64,000 nucleotides of DNA, from positions 13,206,001-13,270,000 of the forward strand of contig OZ249447.1 in assembly GCA_965235115.1 (NCBI GenBank), given 5' to 3'. Positions 51,320 to 59,665 of the stretch are shown one piece after another (within the stretch, counting starts at the first letter, position 1; each line of letters begins with the position of its first letter). Source of the stretch: Laetmonice hystrix. Taxonomy: Eukaryota. The notes beneath the pieces were generated by a model that was not told where the DNA came from, did no database searches, and saw nothing but the letters and a program-made list of their open reading frames with translations. The position numbers and the translations under genes were made by a program.

Positions 51320-51451
51320 AACGTAATTAAGCAGAAAATGGAACGAATTGAGGAATTGGAGGAAGCACTTCGAGAGAGTGTGAAGATAACAGCCCAACGT
51401 GAGATGGTGATGGCTGAGCAACACATGAAGATCGAGGACACCGAGAAACAG
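51320..51451 (+). CDS. ERC1: ERC/ELKS coding exon K (44 codons, NVIKQKMERIEELEEALRESVKITAQREMV...TEKQ), phase 0-0
   Basis: Acceptor gatttttag|AAC and donor CAG|gtgagc. Contains the strongly conserved RIEELEEALRESV motif. Confidence 0.94.
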
Positions 51452-51894
51452 GTGAGCGTTCTTCTCAGACACCTGGCGGCCAACTGGGGCATAACTCGTG
51501 TGCTGCCATCTAGTGCCGATGGCCAAAGGTTGGCGGTTCACTCGGCAAATCAGAATTTAATCACTAACTTTTGTAATTCTCAAATACATGGGTTACTTTT
51601 AACAATAAAGAGAGCCAAACTTTCTGGGAAATGTTTCTCAAAACATGCCCAACTTCTGTACACTATGAGATCGTCCGTATGTTAGCCTCATGTCCGTAAT
51701 TCATTCTTAGCAGAGGTTGCTGATGGATACAGATGTAAGTTATTTGTTACGCTCTGTTTCCAATCTTGACACTGCAAGGACGGGGTAAGGACATGTTCTG
51801 TCCCAAGTGTTATCTGTTGGCAGACACGAGAAGACGTGTTTTCCTCCTTACTTGAGGAGATGAAAGAGGCATAGAATATAGGCCTACTTCAAAT

Positions 51895-52054
51895 GTACAG
51901 TCCGGACACCCCCACCCCACCCCTGAATATAGTTCAGTACAGTCCGGACACCCCCACCCCACCCCTGAATATAGTTCAGTACAGTCCGGACACCCCCACC
52001 CCCCACCCCTGAATATAGTTCAGTACAGTCCGGACACCCCCACCCCACCCCTGA
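51895..52054. repeat. ~42-bp tandem repeat, about 3.7 copies
   Basis: Unit gtacagtccggacacccccaccccacccctgaatatagttca. Confidence 0.92.
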
Positions 52055-54679
52055 AAAAGAAACGCGTCAAAGCTCCGTCATGCAGTTATTGCACAGCATT
52101 TGAAACTAAATGAATCAACACTCGGTGATGTTAAACATGAGGTAGAAAGAATCATATAACCGTGCATTATTGTTCTCATAACAAAGAATGAGAATAATCC
52201 ATGTGATAGAAACGATAAAATATTGCCATGCGAATTACATCCCGAAACGAATGTAGTCAAATGAAACAGAAAAGAATGCACATAGTTATTTATTTTAAAG
52301 TGCGTTTTGTTAAATATACCACATATATTTTTAATTTAGCTGTATTTTTATAGTTAACTTTTGTTACCTCTCGTTCAGTTTATCAGTATGTTACAGGACA
52401 GACTCTAAAGATTAGATATTTAGCGTCTGCTGATATCATTCACAACTTATCTAAATAGGTTGATGCATACGACCATGATTGATTGTAACACAAGTGATGC
52501 ATTGTTCTCAAATATTACTTCACCAGGCTAGCCCGACGCAGGGTAAAAGACGCCTCAATATATTTACGTATACCTTGGTCTGATGTTCTTTGCATGGTCA
52601 ACTGATCCAGAGTCGCCCACACTGCCATCTAGTGGTCATGTTTTGTAGCTTGGCATGAGGGAATCACTGTCCACGGACTCTTACCCTCGAATAGATTAGA
52701 CGCTTCTGAGTGAATCTCACCACTTACATACGACCTGTCTCATGTATAGCTGTTGTCTAAATGTTATAATTATACAGGTCCTATCAGTCCACAACCGTTG
52801 GCCCTTGAAATATGTGAACAACATATCAAATGGAAAATTCAAATCATTTACCAGCAATATGATCAAGTATCAATAGTTTTGTGTATGGTGAGAAGAAAGT
52901 GGCTAAGGAGGTCCAGTTTGTTAATTAGGATGTATAGTTATAGTCCATGATACTCTTGAAACATTTTGAATAGGATCATGCTTGGGTCAGAACTGTCAGT
53001 AGTTTAGCATTTATCCAACTCTACCCTTAGAGCGCCCCCCCCCCCCCCCGCCGCCCACCTCCTTTTATCGTAGGTCACAGATTTATACTCTCCACCGAAC
53101 TTTCTACATTTATTTTAGTGTAGTATTCACACACTCTATCCAGATGGTAGGATATGGAGTGACGACAGTCGAGGCATACATGCACTCTGTCACCTGTGCC
53201 ATCTTTGACTGGTATGGAAGGATGTTTCTGTTAAGTAGATCAAATTGGCATTATCGGCACGGTTTCCTTGCCAGCAGCTTCAGGGATATCGGTAATTGTA
53301 ATTGGTTGAAACAGCTATAGCTGATTCTTTTTTTTTATATATATAAAGGGGGGGGGGACACAGAAACATCACAGTAGCTAAAAATCAGAGGTGGCACGGG
53401 TGGTACTGCAGAAATCCAGTAGAATTTGTTCACTATGTTAATTATCATTAGTGTGTTTTTTTTCTATTGACCGTATCAATCTCATTATCATTATTATCAT
53501 TGTACTGGTTAAGTGGCCCTGAAGTCGTAAAGTTGTTGTATTGAATAATCCCTCAAGATGATTTTTTTCAATGTTTTTTTTCCTATGCTGTAAGTCTTGT
53601 TTTCATTACACATGTGTAGTACAAATTTATGGCGTACACATTCGCTTTATTTCTGATATTTTTTAAGCTTTCTTGGTCCTTTCTTCGTACATGTGCAATT
53701 AACCAAATAATTTTTAGTAGTAATCTTTTTTTTCTGTACTTCAAACTCGAGCAGTGTATATATTTTCTCAGTCATCTTCTAATAATTAAAGAAAGAACTT
53801 AAGTAGGGTATTGCAATAAGGATTATTAAATACACCTTTTAGTGCAGGTGTATTCAGACAACAAAGTGCGATGGGACCCAAAGATAAAAATTTTCTCCGA
53901 ACCTATTAACCCAAGGTAGAGTAGTATCTCTAGTGTAGTAGATGGTTTGACAGGCTAGAACCCTGCTCTTTGACATTACGCCTTGCCCTATTCCAAGGAA
54001 GACCTTTGAAGATGTACAATACTTTACTAAATTAGCCCTTTTACATTTTAGTTCATGCAAGGTGTTATTGACCTGTGTCCTTTCACAAACATTTTTATTC
54101 TCATAAGTAGGTTAGTTTTCTTTTTGTTAACTTTTTAAATCCTATTTTGGTTCTTATCATTTATAAAATTCAAATGCAACTTGTTTTAGCTTATTCCTGG
54201 ACACTGCGATAGACGTTCCTGATAAAGGAAGTGAAAATGTTGCTAAATTGTGGTCTGATTTCTTCAGTAGCATAGGCCTTTCCCGCCAAAACTCTGTGTT
54301 CTTTCTTTAAACATATGCTGCAATGTAAAGTTCAGATTCACTGCTTCGTGCTTCGTGTACAGTACAGGCTAAAGATTGGAGTAATCCGTACTACGGTACT
54401 ACGAGCTGTAGAATTCCAAATTTCCTTCATTTATTGGTATTTACAATGTACCGTGTTTTATTAGCAAGATTTTGAAAAAGTGTTAGTTTGGGGTTTTATT
54501 CATTTGCCACCTCGGCCAAAACCATAGGTAGGTCCCGAAACATTTGACAGTGTGTATGGCTGTCAGTACCCAGTTTCATACATCAAACTTTGAGTCCGTG
54601 AAAAACGTCTCCAACCTCCAAGAAACCTGTTAACCTACATTATTCCTCTTTCGTCTGATGAACATAATGGTTGTGGCAG

Positions 54680-54840
54680 ATGAAAGTCGTTACGGAAGAA
54701 CTGGAGAATATTGAGCGGGAAGGTAGAGAGAAGAACCGAACTATCAGCAACCTGAACGACGAACTGGAGACGAAGGAGGGCAAAGTGAAAACCATGCAGG
54801 TTGAACATCGCAAACACCTTGAGGGTCTCTATGAAATGAA
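54680..54840 (+). CDS. ERC1: ERC/ELKS coding exon L (161 nt, MKVVTEELE...EHRKHLEGLYEM[K]), phase 0-2
   Basis: Absent from the + strand ORF track; read by hand. Acceptor ttgtggcag|ATG and donor AA|gtaagt. RKHLE..EMK motif. Confidence 0.9.
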
Positions 54841-55094
54841 GTAAGTCATCGACTCTAAACGATAGAGTCAGCGTGATATCACTAAGTGAAGTCAAACTCA
54901 ACTTGCCATTTCAACTTGGGTTATTGCCCAAGCAGTGAAAACATGACAATCGGCATCAATTTAAAGGGAGAAGTTTCTGTAATATATATATTTGTAGACA
55001 CTTTATTTTACGAGTGTCGATGTCGATGACGTCTAATATTACTATACGACTGCCCACGTGTCCAGTAACAGGGTTATACTATACACGTCTATAG

Positions 55095-55245
55095 GCAGGA
55101 GGCGATCGTGGCGGCCATCTCGGAGAAGGACGCCCACATAGCCCTGCTGGAGATGGCACCGGGACCCAAGCCTGTCGCGTCCACGGACGAGGTGGACAGA
55201 CTCAACAAGGAGAAGAACAAACTACAGTCACAACTCAAGGAACTG
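55095..55245 (+). CDS. ERC1: ERC/ELKS coding exon M (151 nt, [K]QEAIVAAISEKDAHIALLEM...LQSQLKEL), phase 2-0
   Basis: Acceptor gtctatag|G completes AAG; donor CTG|gtgagc. Contains the AAISEKDA motif. Confidence 0.93.
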
Positions 55246-55373
55246 GTGAGCACCACCAATGACCTTCACTTAAAATAATACCAATACGAGTAACAAACCC
55301 CGATTGTGTCTTCCCGGTATTATTTTACAACTTAAAACGTCATTGATTATTTTGTTTAATTCATCAATTTCAG

Positions 55374-55460
55374 ACTCAAAGTCGCATGAAACTTCTACAG
55401 AACGAGGAAACTAATGGCAGCGCTGTCGTCAAGTCACTGACCAACGCTCCTCCAGAACAG
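55374..55460 (+). CDS. ERC1: ERC/ELKS coding exon N (29 codons, TQSRMKLLQNEETNGSAVVKSLTNAPPEQ), last shared exon, phase 0-0
   Basis: Acceptor caatttcag|ACT and donor CAG|gtacgc. TQSRMKL resembles vertebrate TQNRMKL (recalled). Confidence 0.9.
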
Positions 55461-55658
55461 GTACGCCACCTAGTGAGAGATAATACAAGTCTGGTGTAGT
55501 ATTCCTGCAGTGGTACGCCACCTAGTGAGAGATAATACAAATCTGGTGGAGTATTCCTGGGCAGTGGTACAGTGGTACGCCACCTAGTGAGAGATAATAC
55601 AAATCTGGTGGAGTATTCCTGGGCAGTGGTACAGTGGTACGCCACCTAGTGAGAGATA
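55460..55658. repeat. 52/62-bp tandem repeat starting at the exon N splice donor, 4 copies of the donor-containing core
   Basis: Core ggtacgccacctagtgagagat at 55460, 55512, 55574 and 55636. Confidence 0.9.
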
Positions 55659-55870
55659 TAGTCTGTTCGCTCTAAGAAGAGCTCGACCTCGGCCTCATTA
55701 AAGCTGTTATTTTGTTTGGGGTAATACAGAACCACGTGAAATTTGGTCATATTCTTGAATGACAGGCGGTGATGACTTGTGATACGCCAGCTTTGGGTAG
55801 ACGGGAGGAGGGGGGCAGGTCAGAGCTTTAATGAGACCGAGGTCGAGCTCTTCTTAGAGCGAACAGACTA
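55659..55870. mobile_element. 212-bp MITE with 47-bp TIRs and TA target-site duplication
   Basis: Termini TAGTCTGTTCGCTCTAAGAAGAGCTCGACCTCGG... and ...CCGAGGTCGAGCTCTTCTTAGAGCGAACAGACTA (1 mismatch). Removing the element and one TA restores the host repeat gagagaTAatacaagtc. Confidence 0.85.
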
Positions 55871-56112
55871 TAATACAAGTCTTGCCATTGAATTAAGGGA
55901 CAATTGCATATTTTCTTTCAAGTTGTTTTACGTAATTTGTATAGAATACTTACATGCATGCCGTTATGTAATTGCAGTAATCGATATCTACATATACAAA
56001 TACGTATCAGTATAATTTGAATTACCTTTTGATTGTTTCGTTTTTCACAGCAGTATGACGTTCAGTATGTTCTGTATCCCTTGAATAATTTCTCTTTGGT
56101 TTTCATGTGTAG

Positions 56113-56139
56113 GAAAAGGAGGCTGGAATCTGGGCCTAG
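56113..56139 (+). CDS. ERC1: Alternative C-terminal exon O: EKEAGIWA* (ERC1b/ERC2-type IWA PDZ-binding end)
   Basis: Acceptor tttcatgtgtag|GAA AAG GAG GCT GGA ATC TGG GCC TAG, in frame with exon N. IWA-COOH is the known ligand of the RIM PDZ domain. Confidence 0.92.
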   Translation, partial: EKEAGIWA

Positions 56140-56223
56140 GGGGCGCCACAAATGGCGACATGGCAGCAGGGGTATGTAGGCCTGTCACTAGTATAAAAAA
56201 AACGCTAGGGGTTAGAGAGATTC

Positions 56224-56229
56224 AATAAA
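56224..56229 (+). terminator. Candidate polyadenylation signal for the IWA isoform
   Basis: AATAAA about 85 nt after the IWA stop codon; motif only. Confidence 0.35.
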
Positions 56230-56857
56230 AAAGAGAGGGGGGTTGTCTAGCCGTGCTGAGTGCCCTATGACTGGGCTTTTATATTGTTGTAGTCGTATCT
56301 TTGCAACAATCACTGGGGAAATTGACTTTCTTCTATATGGGAAAACATGGCGATGTTAATAGTATTGTCAAAATGCACAAAAACATGTTAGCCTTTACAC
56401 TATTACAGTTCTTCATTTAGTCTAAAAATGTGTATTGTCGCATGTTTAGGGTAGGATTTGTATACGCGTAGCTCACATTCTAGAAAACGATGGATAGTTA
56501 TAAGAACAGAAGTCAGATATAGAGTATTATAGTATACATCATGAGTGGAGACGTGAGTATGATGATATCTTTGGGCTCGATACAATGTGCCCTGGTGCCG
56601 TTTACATGTTCCATTAACGTGAATCAAATGGGGAGGAAGAGGAACTAGCTAACTTAATGATAACTGTCTGAACTGAGCTTTCTTGCGGGGCTTTGAATGG
56701 AAATTTTCACGAGCGCATTGGCCCAAACCCAAGTAAAGTGTTGCATAATTGTTCATTTTTACACTGACTGTCTCCCTCGCCGAATAGACTAAAATCTTCA
56801 AGTTAGTGCTGAATGTTGACTAACAAATTGACGGTTTGTTGACGTGATTGGGAGCAG

Positions 56858-57031
56858 GTTGTTCAGGCTATCCGGGGCATGGAATACAGCAAGAAACGTC
56901 TGCGGGCTCTGATCGACCAGCTGGTGGCCACCTGTCTCGATATTGACCCGCAACTGTTAGAGGGACTACCGCGCTTACAGCAGGACTTGGCTGCCAGTCA
57001 CTGCCAGCTGCGCCGGCTGGGGGACACCCAG
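56858..57031 (+). CDS. ERC1: Alternative C-terminal exon P (58 codons, VVQAIRGMEYSKKRLRALIDQLVATCLDIDPQLLEGL...LGDTQ), ERC1a-type
   Basis: Acceptor gggagcag|GTT and donor CAG|gtaacg. Aligns by eye with recalled ERC1a IIQPLLELDQNRSKLKLYIGHLTTLCHDRDPLILRGL. A second in-frame acceptor at 56867 is possible. Confidence 0.8.
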
Positions 57032-57351
57032 GTAACGCCCACAGCAATCCGGCAATATTAAGCTTTAAAAAATCGGAATGTTAATGTCTAAAACATATGG
57101 CCAATTTAAAATTATTTTTTTTATGCCTACTTGTTTGGGTTAATTGTGTTAATTGATGAAATCAATAAGAAAACCTAGTTTAGTAAATCATTAAACAAAA
57201 TTTTTAATGGGGGGGGGGGGAGTCAAGCCTTTTTCTTTCGTACAAAAATGGTTGGAGACTGTTTGATTAGGTAGTGTTCTTTGTGGTTTGGAAACAAGGA
57301 AACGCAATGTCGTTGCTATAAATAACTATTGATTGCCCTGCCCCCTGGCAG

Positions 57352-57495
57352 CTGTTGCAGGAACTAGGTAAGTGCGAGCGTGACTGTAACCGCCTACAGG
57401 ACTACATCAACACCCTGCTGCAGAGAATCCGGGCTGCACAACCAGATAAACTATTCGCTATCATGGAGTGGCTGGACCGCGCCGTGCAGAGATAG
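57352..57495 (+). CDS. ERC1: Alternative terminal exon Q (LLQELGKCERDCNRLQDYINTLLQRIRAAQPDKLFAIMEWLDRAVQR*), FIP-RBD-like ERC1a end
   Basis: Acceptor gccccctggcag|CTG, phase 0 after exon P, stop TAG at 57493-57495. Resembles recalled ERC1a LQDELEKGERDNAELQEFANAILQQIADHCPDIL. Confidence 0.82.
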   Translation: MLQELGKCERDCNRLQDYINTLLQRIRAAQPDKLFAIMEWLDRAVQR

Positions 57496-58459
57496 CCTCC
57501 GCCAGGGGGCTCTGTCATGCCCGATTACGTCGATAGCCAGGGAGAGTTGGAGTGTTGACCGATCAAGCCACCAGGCGGCGCCAGCGATCATACACACGCT
57601 CCAGGGTAGCCTATTATAACCAAGAGACGGCGCCACTGTTCCTGTTCATCGAGGCAGACCTCAGACCGGGCCCTTGAAGAGTTTGTAGAAATGAAACCTT
57701 TGTGTGTCGGTCTGTGGATTCCCTGTATAGTCCATTGTTGTATCCATGTCATCCCAGCGGATGCCACCTCAGTCAACCCCTGCTGTCATGAAGATAAACA
57801 AAACGCCTGCGAGTTCGCCTTTACAGTTGGCCAAGTGAGTCCGGCAGATAATGCACCAAATGGACCAGTTAAAGTCATTCCATTGACATTCTTGCATGCC
57901 CCCTGCTGGCTTTCACTGGAACTATTCAAGGTTCAGCCTGGCTCTCAGAAAATTTACGTTTGACTCGCGGAAAAATGAAACCAGAGAGATTTTTTAGACC
58001 TTTTGTTCTGAGACTTTGATAAAAAGAAGAATGAATTCAATAATTAGAATTTTGTGAGTTCCTAACAGGATTCATTGTTTTTGTCATCTTGGGGTAGAGC
58101 TTAATCAGAACTGTTGACGGCGTGGATATATAGGCCTTGATGTGTTCTGATGATCTGGCACTACGCAATCTGTGTTAACCTGAACCTCTTCACGTGATCT
58201 AGTCACGACATGTTCCTACGGAGCAGACGTTAAATCCGGTTCACTGTCACGTCATCTCTGCGCCTAACCAGTGTTAACAAAGGGGAGTTGGCTTTTCCCC
58301 TCGGCGTTCACATTGTTCTAGCTAGGTACCGGCTCAGGGTGCCCCAGCGTACATTCTGTGATAGATCTCTGAGGGGTCAACCGGTGCAGATCCCAGCGCT
58401 CAACCCAGAACTAGAAGAAGGAAGTACGGGAACACTGAGAGAAAACGTGCCTGGAGTAA

Positions 58460-58621
58460 CCAGTACTGACGCCTTGTGTGTTATATAGTGGCCAGTACTA
58501 ACACCTTGTGTGTTATATAGTGGCCAGTACTAACACCTTGTGTGTTATATAGTGGCCAGTACTAACACCTTGTGTGTTATATAGTGGCCAGTACTAACAC
58601 CTTGTGTGTTATATAGTGGCC
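58460..58621. repeat. 32-bp tandem repeat, 5 copies
   Basis: Unit ccagtactaacaccttgtgtgttatatagtgg. Confidence 0.93.
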
Positions 58622-58939
58622 ATCGTGATGAAATTCAAAGATCCTCAAGAGTCATTAATAGAAGTGTTCCTTGACTGCTATCATTTCTTGAAAGCAACCA
58701 GCAACTTCTCCGTGAACGAGATGCCAGACCTTTGTCAGTACAACCGACCAGCGACTGTTGTCAGTTGAAGAGATGCCAGACCTTTGTTGGTAGAATTGAT
58801 AAGCGACTGTAGTCAGTTGAAGAGATTCCAAACTTTTGTTGGTGGAAGCTACCAGCGACTGTTGTTCGTTGAAGAGATTGTACAAGTGGTAAGCGACTGT
58901 TGTCACTGTTGGGAGATCCTCGGCTGTTTTCATAGGACG

Positions 58940-59665
58940 TTGATATCACAGGTTGTCTTAATATCACAGGACGAGGCTGTCATGGTATCGAAGATTCTCA
59001 TGATATCACAGCTTGTCATGTTATGACAGCTTGTCATGGTATGACAGGTGGTCCTAATATCATAGATTGTCTTGATATCACAGGTTGTCATGATATCACA
59101 GGTTGTCATGATATCACAGGTTGTCTTGATATCACAACTTGTCATGATATCACAGGTTGTCATGATATCACAGGTTGTCATGATATCACAGGTTGTCATG
59201 ATGTCACAACTTGTCCTGATATCACAGGTTGTCATGATATCACAGTTGTCATGATATCACAACTTGTCCTGATATCACAACTTGTCCTGATATCACAGGT
59301 TGTCATGATATCACAACTTGTCATGATATCACAGGTTGTCCTGATATCACAGGTTGTCATGATATCTCAGGTTGTCATGATATCACAGGTTGTCCTGATA
59401 TCACAACTTGTCCTGATATCACAGGTTGTCATGATATCACAACTTTTCCTGATATCACAGGTTGTCATGATATCACAGGTTGTCATGATATCACAGGTTG
59501 TCATGATATCACAGGTTGTCATGATATCACAGGTTGTCATGATGTCACAACTTGTCCTGATATCACAGGTTGTCATGATATCACAGGTTGTCCTGATATC
59601 ACAAGTTGTCCTGATATCACAGGTTGTCCTGATATCACAGGTTGTCCTGATATCACAGGTTGTAA
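58940..59665. repeat. 18-bp minisatellite, about 38-40 copies
   Basis: Unit gatatcacaggttgtcat with variants; it produces the MISQVV and DIMTTC ORFs in the track. Confidence 0.96.

Larger units (their letters stand above)
25897..57495 (+). other. ERC1: ELKS/ERC/CAST family gene (co-ortholog of vertebrate ERC1/ERC2), 5'-partial, 14 shared coding exons plus two alternative C-termini
   Basis: The spliced exons give a continuous coiled-coil protein with hallmark ERC segments: EEMELRIDTQKQTLVAREESIKKLLEMLQSKG, KDTEL, KERKINVL, EVDRLLEIL, EKKKSAQMLEEARKRE, RIEELEEALRESVKITAQREMV, AAISEKDAHIALLE and GIWA*. All introns are GT-AG and phases match across junctions. Confidence 0.96.

Noticed and set aside
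58090-58230. Possible second SINE-like tail (gacgttaaatcc) downstream of exon Q
   Set aside because: There are no Pol III boxes, TSD or second copy in the window to support it.
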